Shown: positions 38,459-48,922 of the stretch, piece by piece | Layout of the letters: each line of letters opens with the position of its first letter | How positions within the stretch are numbered: position 1 is the first letter of the stretch | Assembly: GCA_963815095.1 (NCBI GenBank) | Contig: CAWFFH010000003.1 | Location: forward strand, 32,001 to 96,000 | Origin: Candidatus Bathyarchaeota archaeon | Lineage (GTDB): Archaea; Thermoproteota; Bathyarchaeia; Bathyarchaeales; Bathycorpusculaceae | Direction: 5' to 3' | Length of the DNA stretch: 64,000 bases | Translations under genes and position numbers: made by a program | Notes under the pieces: model-generated | Seen by the model: only the letters and a program-made list of their open reading frames with translations | Databases searched by the model: none | What the model was told of the DNA's origin: nothing

Positions 38459-40417
38459 TTAATTTTCGGGCTGCACTATGTCATTTTCTAGTTTCCGAGA
38501 CAGCGCTTTGTTGAGCTCAGCAATTGCATCCCTCAATTCGATGGCGCGTTCAAAGTCCAATTTCTCCGCTGCTTCCCGCATCTCCGCATCCAACTCTATC
38601 ATCTGGCGTTTTATGTCAGATTTGGGCAGGTGCTTGGTGCCTCTGATTATGCCTTCCTTCTTGGAGACACTTTTAACGATGGTTTTAGGGGTGATGCCGT
38701 GTTCCTGATTGAAGCGTTTCTGGAAGCTGCGGCGGTACCAAGTGGTTTCCACGGCGCGCTTAATCGATTGGGTTTCTATGTCGGCGTAAAGGATTACTTT
38801 GCCGTTGACGTTTCTTGAGGCACGCCCGATGGTCTGGATAAGGCTTCGTTCGTCTCGCAGGAACCCTTCTTTATCAGCGTCCAAGATGAATATGGTTGCG
38901 ACTTCGGGGAGGTCTAATCCTTCGCGGAGCAGGTTGATTCCGACGAGAACGTCGAAGTCGCCTATACGCAGCTGCCGTATGAGTTCGATGCGATCGAGGC
39001 TTTCGATTTCCGAGTGCATGTACCTGACGCGAAAGCCTTCTTTAGACAAGTAGTCGGCGAGATCTTCAGCCATTCTTTTCGTCAAAGTGGTAACCAACAC
39101 CCGATCGCCCCGCGTTATAGTTTTCCTAGCTTCTACCATCAAATCCTGCATCTGCCCTTCGATTGGACGCATCTCCACCTCAGGATCCAAAAGCCCCGTG
39201 GGACGGGTGATCAATTCGACTGGTGGACCGCTCTTTTCCAACTCGTATTCGGCTGGGGTTGCAGAGACAAAAAGAACCTTGCCCATTTTCTTCTCGAACT
39301 CATCAAACTTGAGCGGACGGTTGTCGAGTGCACTTGGAAGCCTGAATCCAAAGTCAACTAGGTTCTTTTTGCGCGCAAAGTCGCCATTGTACATAGCACG
39401 AGACTGGGGAATAGTTTGATGGCTTTCATCGATGATTAACAGGTAGTCTTTTGGGAAATAATCCATCAGAGTGAAGGGCGGCTCGCCAGGTTTGCGCCCG
39501 TCGAAGTGGCGACTGTAGTTTTCCATTCCTGCACAGAAACCCACCTCCTTAATCATTTCTAAATCGTAGTTCGTGCGTTGTTTTAGCCTTTGAGCTTCAA
39601 GCGGAGGCAAATTGGGTAACTGTGCTTCCAGCTCTTTTTTAATAAGCTCAAGGGCTAAGGCATGCTTCTCTTCAGGCACCACATATTGGCGAGCTGGATA
39701 AAGTGTAAATCTGTCGAGCGCCGTTTTTACGTCACCGTTTAGCAGATTTACTTCTTTTATTTTCTTAATTGTGTTTCCTTCGAGTTCGACGCGTAAAATT
39801 TCGTTCTCATACGAGGGAACGACGTCCACCGTGTCTCCCCGGACACGAAACCTTCCAGCCTCAAGAACCATATCGTTACGTTCATACTGCATGTCCACGA
39901 GTTCACGGATAAGCTGTTGCCTCGAAATTTGCTTCCCAACCTCAAGTTCAGCAGCCATGGTCTTGAAATCATCAGGGTTGCCTAAGCTGTAGATGCAGCT
40001 TATGCTAGCGACGATTATGGTATCATTTCGGCTAACGATGCTAGAAACTGCGTGCATACGCATCTTCTCTATCTGCTCATTTACCGTGGAGTCTTTTTCA
40101 ATATACATGTCTTGAGCAGGCAAATACGATTCAGGCTGGTAATAATCATAAAAACTAATGAAGTATTCCACTCGGTTATGAGGAAAAAGCTCCTTTAACT
40201 CCGCATACAGCTGAGCTGCCAGGGTCTTGTTATGAGCGATGAGGAGGGTTGGTTTTTGGAGTTTGTTAATTACATTTGCCATAACAAACGTTTTGCCACT
40301 GCCCGTAATTCCCAAAAGCGTTTGTTTGGGTTTTGTGGAGAAGTTTTTCACTAACTGCTCGACCGCGGTTTGCTGTCCAGGCGAGATTTGAAACGGTGCG
40401 ATAAGTTCGAATTGCAC
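38459..40417 (-). CDS. uvrB: Excinuclease ABC subunit B
   Basis: GITGSGKT, YDYYQPE, DESH, GINLLREGLD, QTIGRA; probable GTG start. Confidence 0.97.
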   Translation of the reverse strand: MQFELIAPFQISPGQQTAVEQLVKNFSTKPKQTLLGITGSGKTFVMANVINKLQKPTLLIAHNKTLAAQLYAELKELFPHNRVEYFISFYDYYQPESYLPAQDMYIEKDSTVNEQIEKMRMHAVSSIVSRNDTIIVASISCIYSLGNPDDFKTMAAELEVGKQISRQQLIRELVDMQYERNDMVLEAGRFRVRGDTVDVVPSYENEILRVELEGNTIKKIKEVNLLNGDVKTALDRFTLYPARQYVVPEEKHALALELIKKELEAQLPNLPPLEAQRLKQRTNYDLEMIKEVGFCAGMENYSRHFDGRKPGEPPFTLMDYFPKDYLLIIDESHQTIPQSRAMYNGDFARKKNLVDFGFRLPSALDNRPLKFDEFEKKMGKVLFVSATPAEYELEKSGPPVELITRPTGLLDPEVEMRPIEGQMQDLMVEARKTITRGDRVLVTTLTKRMAEDLADYLSKEGFRVRYMHSEIESLDRIELIRQLRIGDFDVLVGINLLREGLDLPEVATIFILDADKEGFLRDERSLIQTIGRASRNVNGKVILYADIETQSIKRAVETTWYRRSFQKRFNQEHGITPKTIVKSVSKKEGIIRGTKHLPKSDIKRQMIELDAEMREAAEKLDFERAIELRDAIAELNKALSRKLENDIVQPEN

Positions 40418-40593
40418 ATTACTTCCCCACAAATGACGAGAAAAGTTCCAATTAAGATTTAAATTAATAAGTATTGTCTAAAAAGATTGTTTTCTTAGCC
40501 AGTTTTTATTAGGGCTGAATATTTAATTTAGTCAGCGATAAAAATATCCGCTTCTATAAATTAGAAAAAGCAGAGCAGATTACTAACCTTTCT

Positions 40594-40887
40594 TTATTCG
40601 ACGGTTAGTTTTCCAAATTTGCCAACGTTAAGCTGAATTTCACTCTTAAAACTCGTAACGTAACCGTTTTCGATTTTTATGTTGTCGCCAACATTGATTT
40701 GGTCAATCTGCTCATTCCAAAGTGTTAGCTTTACGCTGCCAGATTCATCAGCAACTACAGCATCAACTATTCGATAAGTTTCATCTTTGAATCGTGATTT
40801 AACTTCTCGTGGGTCGCCTTTGTCGACAACCTTGGCTTCAACGCTAACCCGCTTCATGCCATCTTGTAAATCTTTAATCGCAACCAT
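40594..40887 (-). CDS. ssb: Single-OB-fold ssDNA-binding protein (crenarchaeal SSB-like)
   Basis: IKDLQDGMKRV, DESGSVKLTLWN, IENGYV..F...QLNVGKFG; ATG after GAGGG. Confidence 0.88.
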   Translation of the reverse strand: MVAIKDLQDGMKRVSVEAKVVDKGDPREVKSRFKDETYRIVDAVVADESGSVKLTLWNEQIDQINVGDNIKIENGYVTSFKSEIQLNVGKFGKLTVE

Positions 40888-41015
40888 CTTAATTCCCTCT
40901 TTTAAACTGTTCACTAACAGTCGGTTTTCAATTGCAAAGGTGACCTGCAATCATATAAATCTTGCTAACTAAAAAAGAAATGAAAAATTGTTGGGTAAAC
41001 GCCAAAAGGCGTTTC

Positions 41016-42383
41016 TTAAACTGATCCGACCAAGAAGATCAAGAGCAGAATCACTATTGCTAAGCTGACTGCAGATATGGCAATGCGTTTAACCATTGAC
41101 AGCTCGGGTTTAAGTGCACCAATAACCATAGCGCCCACCGCACCCAGCCACACGTAGGACACAACGGCCATTCCTGAAACTATAGTTCTGAAAGCAGTAG
41201 TTGCAGCATCAATATTGTGGAAGATAGCCTGTGACATGGCAGGTAATACTCCTAATGCGTCTGGAGGGAAGTACAACGCTGCGAATGGGTCAAAGCGTAC
41301 ACCTAACGATAGGTCGAACGGGTAATAGACGTTTGACAAAGTAAGGCTTGCAGCAAGATTAACTAATGCTCGGACAACCATAATCATCATTGCGAAGCCT
41401 AATGCAGTAAAGAGAGGTTTCCAGAATACTTGACTTTTTAATAGTCTACAGAACAGGTAAATTAATCCAGTAAAGATGAACCAGCCAAAGATGAACTGTA
41501 AGGAGAACAGTTGAAGGAATTGAAGCAAGACTCCAGTGCTATTGTATTGAAGCGGTGAGAGATATTGACCGTGGAAAAATAATGCGCCAATCTGAATTGA
41601 TATGTTGGAGTTTGAGGAGTAAGTGAAGGTGAGTGTAAGTGATGATATATTGCTCCAGGTTGGGTTACCACTACTTGTCCACCCGGTTGCATTGGGACCA
41701 AGAGTTAGGGTCAGATTGTTCCATTGACCGATTAATGACGCGTTTGACATTAAAGGAGTTAAGTCATACTGGAAGTAGTCAGCGTCAGTTAGTGAATACA
41801 ACGTTAAAGCTGCACTTTGTGGTACTGCTTGAGGTTGGTCTTGTTTTAATGTAATCGAGAGGTTCTGGAAAGCACTTGGACTGCAGTCAACAGTTAGGCT
41901 GGAAAGAGGAGTAAGCTTTCGGTTAACCAAACTTTCGTTAAGGCTGTTTAAAGCTGATTTGATATCTAAACCCGCGGCTAAGGAGTTTGTGTTGTTAGCA
42001 GCCATTTCGAGACTGCTGTTTCCAAAGAGCTTATAGTAAGCGTTCGAGTCCGTTGTAGGAAGACCAAAACCAGCGACGTAAACACTATAGTTGAAGAAAT
42101 CGTTAAAGTTGTTGGTTAATGCAACATCGGGGCTACTTCTCCAAACTGCAGTAATATTGTCGCTGCCCGTAAACGTAGCATTGGTAAATGTTCCCAACTG
42201 GTCGATTGATGGATTAGTTTGCTCTGTGTAAGTCTTAGAAAACTGTGAATATTCAAAGCCAACAGACAGGGCTATGAATAAAACTAAAACAAGTACTGCG
42301 CCAAGGTATTTCGGGTTTGCAACAATGTCTTTGAAAACTTTATGCGGCGCATAAATGACTTTTAGTAGGTCATTAAGTATCAA
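41016..42383 (-). CDS. Yip1-like membrane protein with a large inserted extracellular domain
   Basis: LKVIYAP.KVF..I N-terminus; one TM, about 230-aa N/S/T-rich loop, then several TMs. Confidence 0.7.
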   Translation of the reverse strand: MILNDLLKVIYAPHKVFKDIVANPKYLGAVLVLVLFIALSVGFEYSQFSKTYTEQTNPSIDQLGTFTNATFTGSDNITAVWRSSPDVALTNNFNDFFNYSVYVAGFGLPTTDSNAYYKLFGNSSLEMAANNTNSLAAGLDIKSALNSLNESLVNRKLTPLSSLTVDCSPSAFQNLSITLKQDQPQAVPQSAALTLYSLTDADYFQYDLTPLMSNASLIGQWNNLTLTLGPNATGWTSSGNPTWSNISSLTLTFTYSSNSNISIQIGALFFHGQYLSPLQYNSTGVLLQFLQLFSLQFIFGWFIFTGLIYLFCRLLKSQVFWKPLFTALGFAMMIMVVRALVNLAASLTLSNVYYPFDLSLGVRFDPFAALYFPPDALGVLPAMSQAIFHNIDAATTAFRTIVSGMAVVSYVWLGAVGAMVIGALKPELSMVKRIAISAVSLAIVILLLIFLVGSV

Positions 42384-42565
42384 TCTTTTCTCTCCCTTTG
42401 CAATGTGAAGTTACTCGGCATTTATTAAGGGTTATTCAGATCTCCAACAAAGCGGACGATAAGCTGCATGATAGCCAGGCCTATAAAAGCTAATTCAATG
42501 ATAACAAGTTTGCGCTGTATAATACAGAAAGGGAAAATAGAATTGAAAAATATTTTGACTTTTGG

Positions 42566-44074
42566 TTACATTCCTGATTTTAGTCGTCGATAGGTTGTGT
42601 AATCCACATATTCTATGAAGGGATTTTCGGCTTGGAATTTTACAGTGATTTTCTGTCGTTTCCGTTTGTCAAGAAGCTGGCTTGTTGTTCTGAGCAGATA
42701 TGAATCGCTGCCTGCGCCTGAGCCGTAACTTGTAACCAGAATGCGTTCATCAGGTTTAGCAACGTCGAGAACTGCAGCTAAACCTACAAGCGAGGCACCT
42801 GAGTAAGTATTGCCGAACTTTGTTATTTGAAGGGCAGGCAAATATTGCTCATCTTTGAATCCGAGTTCTTTTGCAACTCTCACTGGGAAAGTGGGGTTAG
42901 GCTGATGAGGAACGAAATAGTTTAAATCAGCGGCTTTAACGTTGAAGCGTTCCATCAGTTTAGTGGCAGCTTTGCGAACATGTTTATGGTATGCTGGATC
43001 ACCTGTGAATCTTCCGCCATGCATGGGGTATGGTTCACCGTCTCGACGCCAAAAGTCAGGAGTATCAGAGGTGCAGGAGTACCACCCTTCAACTTCAGCG
43101 ATTACATCCTGTTTTCCATAGATGAATGCTGCGGCGCCGTATCCTACAAAAGAATCTAATTCACCACCAGGGCATCCTCGGGGTGCGGCTTGAGAATTAT
43201 CTGCACCAATAACCATTGCATAGTTTATGCCTGACTGGGGGTAACTAACAAGTGCAGATGCATCTTTGAACATACTTGTGGCTGCTTTACAAGCAAACTC
43301 TGTATCCACTGCATCAACGCTTTGAACGTCACCATCTTCTTCACCTAACTGTAGAACCTGAGCTACTTTTGACGCGATTGGTTTAACGGCATAAGGGTTA
43401 GATTCTGAGCCAACGTAAACTTTTCCAACCCACGCACTATCAATTCCTGAATGGATTAGGGCAAGTTTCCCGGCTTCAACCGCCGCTGTCACAGAATCTT
43501 CATCTATGAAAGGAACGGCACGTTCTAATCCACCGTCTTTTATACGGAAACGTGAGGAGTAAGCGCCATAACCCACAATCCCAGGCAACTCATAGTCTTT
43601 TCTTGGTTGAATCACCTTGTATTCCTGATGTGGATAATACTCGTCCGCTAAGGTAAAAGCTAGAGAGATCGTGGGAACAACTTCGCTCTTTCCTACTGAA
43701 TAACGTCTGCGGAACCGGGGAATTACTTCTCGTCCCTCAAGGCTCGCAAAATCCACATCGTCACCATCACAAATCAGTTGGTCTGTTAGCCGTGCAGGCA
43801 CTCGGATTTTGCCGTCATGGAAAGAGACAATGCCGTAAACATAACTGGATAGTTTCATGAATTTGTTTGTGGGCTCGTTAACGTAAGTGCAGAGTTCCAA
43901 TTTGCCCTTGTCATAGAACAAATCGATGCTATCCATTTTACCGAAGCTTTTTCTGCCGCAGTTGCTGCAGTAGTCGCGCACTTCAAAGTATTCTTTGCCG
44001 CAACTTTGACAACGACATGCCTTTAGACGGTCACCTAAGTAAGAAACACGTCGCTCTATTGGTTCACTACTCAT
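42566..44074 (-). CDS. DUF35 (zinc ribbon + OB) fused to archaeal hydroxymethylglutaryl-CoA synthase
   Basis: N-terminal CQSCG..Y...RDYCSNCG plus OB fold; HMGS motifs GSES, EFACKAAT, DTPDFWRR, PHQPN, GNTYSG, SYGSGAG. Confidence 0.92.
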   Translation of the reverse strand: MSSEPIERRVSYLGDRLKACRCQSCGKEYFEVRDYCSNCGRKSFGKMDSIDLFYDKGKLELCTYVNEPTNKFMKLSSYVYGIVSFHDGKIRVPARLTDQLICDGDDVDFASLEGREVIPRFRRRYSVGKSEVVPTISLAFTLADEYYPHQEYKVIQPRKDYELPGIVGYGAYSSRFRIKDGGLERAVPFIDEDSVTAAVEAGKLALIHSGIDSAWVGKVYVGSESNPYAVKPIASKVAQVLQLGEEDGDVQSVDAVDTEFACKAATSMFKDASALVSYPQSGINYAMVIGADNSQAAPRGCPGGELDSFVGYGAAAFIYGKQDVIAEVEGWYSCTSDTPDFWRRDGEPYPMHGGRFTGDPAYHKHVRKAATKLMERFNVKAADLNYFVPHQPNPTFPVRVAKELGFKDEQYLPALQITKFGNTYSGASLVGLAAVLDVAKPDERILVTSYGSGAGSDSYLLRTTSQLLDKRKRQKITVKFQAENPFIEYVDYTTYRRLKSGM

Positions 44075-45263
44075 TTTTCTGCACTCCTAAAATGGATACG
44101 TAAGCTTTTGTTCCAAAACCCTCAAACTCCAATACACCGCCATTATGAGGTAAACTATTACCAACGTGAACTTGTCTTTCACCTGCTTCACCACGAAGTT
44201 GGCGGAAAATCTCATAAATCTGTGCTCCTCCAGTTGCACCCAACGGGTTACCATCTGCTTTTAAGCCGCCATCTGTGTTTACATAAAGCGGTTTTCCACT
44301 TATGTCATAACAGTTTTGGCACCCATGAATACTTTTCCAAGCAGTACCAGGTTGGCAGTAGCCCAAGTCTTCAAGAGAAACCATCTCCATCATAGTAGAT
44401 TGATCATAAACTTCAAGAATTTGCAACTCCGAAGGTTTAACCTTAGAGGTTTGGACAGCGTTTTTCATTGCAAGCTCAGCAGCAACAAAATGGGATAAGT
44501 CTTCTCGTTTTGGATAGTTCAAGTAGTCAGTTGCTGAACCGATGGCTAAAACCGAGACGGGGTGTTTAGTCTTTTTTTTGGCGACTGAATCGCTTGTTAG
44601 AATTAAAGCTGAGGCTCCATCCGAGATTGGGGCAAAATCATAGAGTCCCAAGGGTTTATGGGCGGTTTTTCTTGCGTTTAGAACTTGGTCGATGGTGATT
44701 TTTCTTTGAAATTGCGCATATTTGTTTTTAGTTGCGTTCGCATGGTTCTTAACAGTAATCTCTGCCAAAGCCATGTTTAACTTGTCGAGGTTTGCGCCCG
44801 CAATATGGTGTTTCTTTATGTAAGCTCGAAGCATAAGTTCATGGTTCGATTCAGGTGTGCCACCTGCATAATAACTCCATGGATCATCAAGTAACATGAG
44901 GTCGTCGCGAATTTTGTCCCAGCGATCTGTCATCTTCTCTATACCACCTACTAGAACCGTGTTGTAGGCTCCAGCCTGAATCGCGTGGCAAGCGGTTAAT
45001 AGGGCGGCGCTGAAGGAGCGGGTAACTTCCATGGGAACGTGAAGTTCAGTTAATTCGGAGAGAAAACCCTCTTCAAGCCCTAGCTTGTTGGTGATAGGAA
45101 GAAAACAATCTGACAGGTAACAAGCTTCTAGGTCTTTGCGTTCGATGTTACATTCGTTTGAAGCGGCAAGCCAAGATTCCTCAATTAGTTTTTCTGGTTC
45201 TTTGCCGTAGTGTTCTCCAAACTTAGTGCGGCCAACAGCAACGATGGCTGGGCAGTTTTGCAT
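44067..45263 (-). CDS. Thiolase-family protein with catalytic residues lost
   Basis: G.TKFGE, GGIEKM, KNH.NA..N.YAQF, PISDGA, GATG..Q; lacks the nucleophilic Cys and both His motifs. Confidence 0.88.
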   Translation of the reverse strand: MQNCPAIVAVGRTKFGEHYGKEPEKLIEESWLAASNECNIERKDLEACYLSDCFLPITNKLGLEEGFLSELTELHVPMEVTRSFSAALLTACHAIQAGAYNTVLVGGIEKMTDRWDKIRDDLMLLDDPWSYYAGGTPESNHELMLRAYIKKHHIAGANLDKLNMALAEITVKNHANATKNKYAQFQRKITIDQVLNARKTAHKPLGLYDFAPISDGASALILTSDSVAKKKTKHPVSVLAIGSATDYLNYPKREDLSHFVAAELAMKNAVQTSKVKPSELQILEVYDQSTMMEMVSLEDLGYCQPGTAWKSIHGCQNCYDISGKPLYVNTDGGLKADGNPLGATGGAQIYEIFRQLRGEAGERQVHVGNSLPHNGGVLEFEGFGTKAYVSILGVQKNE

Positions 45264-45391
45264 TACATTTTCCCCTTTTTGGATAGCATACAAGGTTTTC
45301 CAAAACGACTATTAAGGGTTTGCCATATCCCCACGAAAAATTCGAATAACAAGGTCAAAAGCAAACCATAAAAAAATAACTTAACTCCTCT

Positions 45392-46789
45392 CTATGGGAC
45401 TCCATTAGTTATCTCATTTTTAGTTAACTGAAACCTTGTTGTTTCTACCAGATTCTGAAGGTTTTGACTCAACTCCACTGGATATATTGGAGCATCTGTC
45501 AATGCCTTAAATTTGTCTGGAAGTTTTGATAGATTTTCTGAAGCTGTAGAACGAATTTGCTCAAGCGACGGTAAACTGTAGGACAATTTGCCCTTTTCCA
45601 TGACTTTAACAAGCAAACCTTCACCCGCAACATTCTCATCAGCCAAGGCAATAACATCTTTTCTGAAACAGCCTTCTTCATCTTTGAAACGGTAAACTTG
45701 CTTTCGCCCGGGAAGAGTGATTTTGTCCTTGCTTAGCTTCATAATTGGCGAGAAATTACCGTCAGCTGTCATGGTTTCGCAGAGTTTGTAGATGACATCA
45801 AGGTATGGGCGATCCGCACAAGTACCCATTTTCGTCCCGACGCCAAACGCGTCAATCTTGGTGTCTTCTTTTAGGAGTTGTGTAATTTTGAATTCTTCCA
45901 AGTCGCCGCTAACAAAAATTTTAACGTTCCTCAAACCATTGTCATCCAAGATTTTTCTAACTTTTTTGCTTGTCTCTGCTAGGTCTCCACTGTCCAATCT
46001 GACACCGCCAAGACTGTAACCTTTTGCTTCGAGTTCCTTGGCGACGATGATCGCTTTTTCTGCGCCCGCCATGTCATCGTAGGTATCTATGAGGAGGGTA
46101 GATTTGTTTGGGAAAGTTTTGGTAAACGCGCGGAACGCGTCGATTTCTTTAGGGTAGGACATGATGAACGAGTGCGCCATGGTGCCGAAGACGGGGATGT
46201 CGTAAGCCATGCCTGCTAAAACGTTGCTGGTTCCTTGGCATCCCGCAATGTAGCTTGATCGCGCCACCTTCATACCCGCATCAATTCCAGGTTCTCGCCT
46301 TAAGCCAAATTCAATCACTGATTTGCCGTTTGCTGCATGAACTACACGTGAAGCTTTAGTTGCTATCATAGTTTGCAGGTTGACGGTGTTTAACAAAAAA
46401 GTCTCGATGAGCTGTGCCTCGATTATGGGCGCGGTTACTCGAATTAAGGGTTCGTTGGGAAACGCTACAGTTCCCTCGGGAACAGCCCAAACCTCACCAG
46501 TGAACTTAAACTTGGAGAGATAATTGAGGAAGCCCTTGCGAAAACCCTGCTTTTTTAGATACGCCAAATGTTCCTCAGTAAACTTTGTGCTCTGCAGATA
46601 CTGCAACGCCTCTTCTAAGCCTGCGAAGAGGAAATAGCTGCGGTTTTCGGGCAATCGTCGGATGAAGAGGTCGAATGTTGCAGGCTCAAAGTTTTTGTTG
46701 TCAAAGTAACTTGCGCACATGGTCAATTCGTAGTAATCGGTAAATAAACTGATGTTTTCAGCAGATAAATAGCCGAGAAAACTTTTCAT
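45392..46789 (-). CDS. pncB: Nicotinate phosphoribosyltransferase
   Basis: TDYYELTM, EFGLRR, GTMAHS, LIDTYD, RLDSGD. Confidence 0.95.
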   Translation of the reverse strand: MKSFLGYLSAENISLFTDYYELTMCASYFDNKNFEPATFDLFIRRLPENRSYFLFAGLEEALQYLQSTKFTEEHLAYLKKQGFRKGFLNYLSKFKFTGEVWAVPEGTVAFPNEPLIRVTAPIIEAQLIETFLLNTVNLQTMIATKASRVVHAANGKSVIEFGLRREPGIDAGMKVARSSYIAGCQGTSNVLAGMAYDIPVFGTMAHSFIMSYPKEIDAFRAFTKTFPNKSTLLIDTYDDMAGAEKAIIVAKELEAKGYSLGGVRLDSGDLAETSKKVRKILDDNGLRNVKIFVSGDLEEFKITQLLKEDTKIDAFGVGTKMGTCADRPYLDVIYKLCETMTADGNFSPIMKLSKDKITLPGRKQVYRFKDEEGCFRKDVIALADENVAGEGLLVKVMEKGKLSYSLPSLEQIRSTASENLSKLPDKFKALTDAPIYPVELSQNLQNLVETTRFQLTKNEITNGVP

Positions 46790-46958
46790 GAATTAGTAGA
46801 GAAGACACTTATGATTTAATTGTTTCTGACCCGACAAGCGGTAAAATGCTTCATTATAGTTTTCACTTTCACTTAACCCCCCACTGCGAAAAATACTCCT
46901 TTGTTCGTGTGTTTTAAATATACCTAACCATACATCAACACTAAATGTGTGAAGATTA

Positions 46959-48005
46959 ATGCCAGAAGACTCCGAAGCTCAACCTCAAGAAGAACATGAA
47001 GAATCTATACTTGAAGCAAACAAGAAAAAATATGAGTTCATAGAAGACCTGCCAGGAGTTGGCCCAGCAACAGCGGCAAAACTCAAAGAACTCGGCTACC
47101 ACACCGTAGAATCCTTAGCTATGGCAACCTACCGTGAACTCGAACCAGTCGGAGTAAGCGAGAAAAAAGCCTTCCAAGTCATCGAAGCCGCACGCTCATC
47201 CATCGGCATCTCATTTATTCGAGCAGACGAACTCTTCAAAATGCGCCAAACTGTTCTGCGGGTAACTACAGGCAGCAAAGCGTTAGATAAAATCGTCGAT
47301 GGCGGCCTAGAAACCCAAACCATCACAGAATTTTACGGTGAATACGGCAGCGGCAAAAGCCAAATGTGCCACCAACTATGCATCAACGTACAGCTACCCC
47401 CAGAAAAAGGTGGACTCGATGGTGCAGCTTTGTACATTGACACCGAGAACACTTTCAGGTTGGAACGCATTGTGCAGATGGCAAAGGGTGCGGGATTAGA
47501 CCCAGCCGAAGCCGTTAAAAAAATCATTTATGCTGAAGCCTACACTTCAGACCACCAGATGTTCCTACTTGAGAACGCTGATGAAATAATCAAGGCAAAC
47601 AACATCAAACTGATAATAGTTGATTCATTAACTGCTCACTTCCGAAGCGAATATATAGGAAGAGAAATGCTCGCGTCAAGACAACAAAAGCTCAACAAAC
47701 ACATGCACAAACTCATCGCCTTAGCTCGAGCATTTAACGCAGTAGCAGTTGTAACCAACCAAGTCATGGCTAAACCAGACCAATTCTTCGGCGATGCAAT
47801 CCACCCAATAGGAGGAAACATCGTCGGCCACACAAGCGCCACACGAATCTATCTAAGACGCGCTTCGCATGGACCAATCCGCATCGCAAGATTAGTTTCA
47901 AGCCCATATTTGCCTGAAGGTGAGGAAATCCTTAAAGTAACCGAGAACGGAATAGAAGATGTCTCTGAAGAAGAGAAAGCAACTAAACCATCTCGTGGAC
48001 GCTAA
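46959..48005 (+). CDS. radA: DNA repair and recombination protein RadA
   Basis: N-terminal HhH DLPGVGP, GEYGSGKSQ, YIDTENTF, VDSLTAHFRSEY.GR; no intein. Confidence 0.97.
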   Translation: MPEDSEAQPQEEHEESILEANKKKYEFIEDLPGVGPATAAKLKELGYHTVESLAMATYRELEPVGVSEKKAFQVIEAARSSIGISFIRADELFKMRQTVLRVTTGSKALDKIVDGGLETQTITEFYGEYGSGKSQMCHQLCINVQLPPEKGGLDGAALYIDTENTFRLERIVQMAKGAGLDPAEAVKKIIYAEAYTSDHQMFLLENADEIIKANNIKLIIVDSLTAHFRSEYIGREMLASRQQKLNKHMHKLIALARAFNAVAVVTNQVMAKPDQFFGDAIHPIGGNIVGHTSATRIYLRRASHGPIRIARLVSSPYLPEGEEILKVTENGIEDVSEEEKATKPSRGR

Positions 48006-48007
48006 AT

Positions 48008-48478
48008 ATGCCGATTTCACAAGCCTTAGTTACCAGGTACTTTCAGCTCATAGTTAGCAGGCAATTCACAGAAGCTGAACGTGAGTTGGAACGAGTTAAA
48101 CAAAAAATGCAGAAAACCGAATGGAACAGGGGATACTTCCGAGCACTCTACGGCATGTATCTTTCACGCAAAAACAGTGCCACAGACGACTACGCTTTTT
48201 TTTCAAAAGTTGATTTAACTGACAAAGTAAATTTGCATGCTTACCGAAAAGAATTCCTTGAGCACATGGGCAACGGTTTGCATGGAGACTTTGACCGTGG
48301 ATATTTTTCCGCATGGGCAGATTGCATGCGTATAATTGCGCGCATGGATATTCAAAATCAGAACGGTAACAGCAAATCTGCAGGCGAAGGAGAAAAAATC
48401 GAAACCTTAAGAAGCGATAAAAGTCAGGCAACTATAGCGAATTTTCTGAAGAAAACAGAAGACAAACAAGAAGAGTAA
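48008..48478 (+). CDS. Hypothetical helical protein, probably co-transcribed with radA
   Basis: Starts 2 nt after the radA stop; repeated RGYF.A motifs. Confidence 0.75.
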   Translation: MPISQALVTRYFQLIVSRQFTEAERELERVKQKMQKTEWNRGYFRALYGMYLSRKNSATDDYAFFSKVDLTDKVNLHAYRKEFLEHMGNGLHGDFDRGYFSAWADCMRIIARMDIQNQNGNSKSAGEGEKIETLRSDKSQATIANFLKKTEDKQEE

Positions 48479-48499
48479 GAATTTTAATTCTTTTTCGAA

Positions 48500-48790
48500 T
48501 TAAAAAGATTTAACTGCGGTGTAGAACAGCACAAAGAAAGATAGCCAAGCAAAGAAGTACATACCTATTGCTGTGCTGAGGATTTTGGATTGTTTCTCGA
48601 TTTTGTCCTTGTAGTATCCTCTCATGATGTAGTAAGTTATGAAGTAGATGAGTAGGGCTACTGTGATGCTGTTTACGAGGGTTGTTATGTCACTTGCGCT
48701 ACCGAATAAACCTGCTAAAACAGCAGTTATTGCCCCTGCAACTATGCCTAATGCAACTCGCAACCAGTAAAGTTGAACAACAGGTGTCAT
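48500..48790 (-). CDS. EMC6/Rab5ip-like three-TM membrane protein
   Basis: LYWLRVALGIVAGAI...IGMYFFAWL.FFVLFYT pattern and size. Confidence 0.65.
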   Translation of the reverse strand: MTPVVQLYWLRVALGIVAGAITAVLAGLFGSASDITTLVNSITVALLIYFITYYIMRGYYKDKIEKQSKILSTAIGMYFFAWLSFFVLFYTAVKSF

Positions 48791-48922
48791 GTAAATCGAA
48801 TCCTTGATTTTGTATATTGTTCTTACTTAAAAAAGATGCCTAAGTATTAATCGTTTCTGATACCCAAAAGCTCGATTCCAGCAATTTGACGAGTTTTGGT
48901 GAAAACGGTTAATTTATAGTCA

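Noticed and set aside
46959-48005. Intein in RadA
   Set aside because: Length and motifs are continuous with no insertion at the P-loop.
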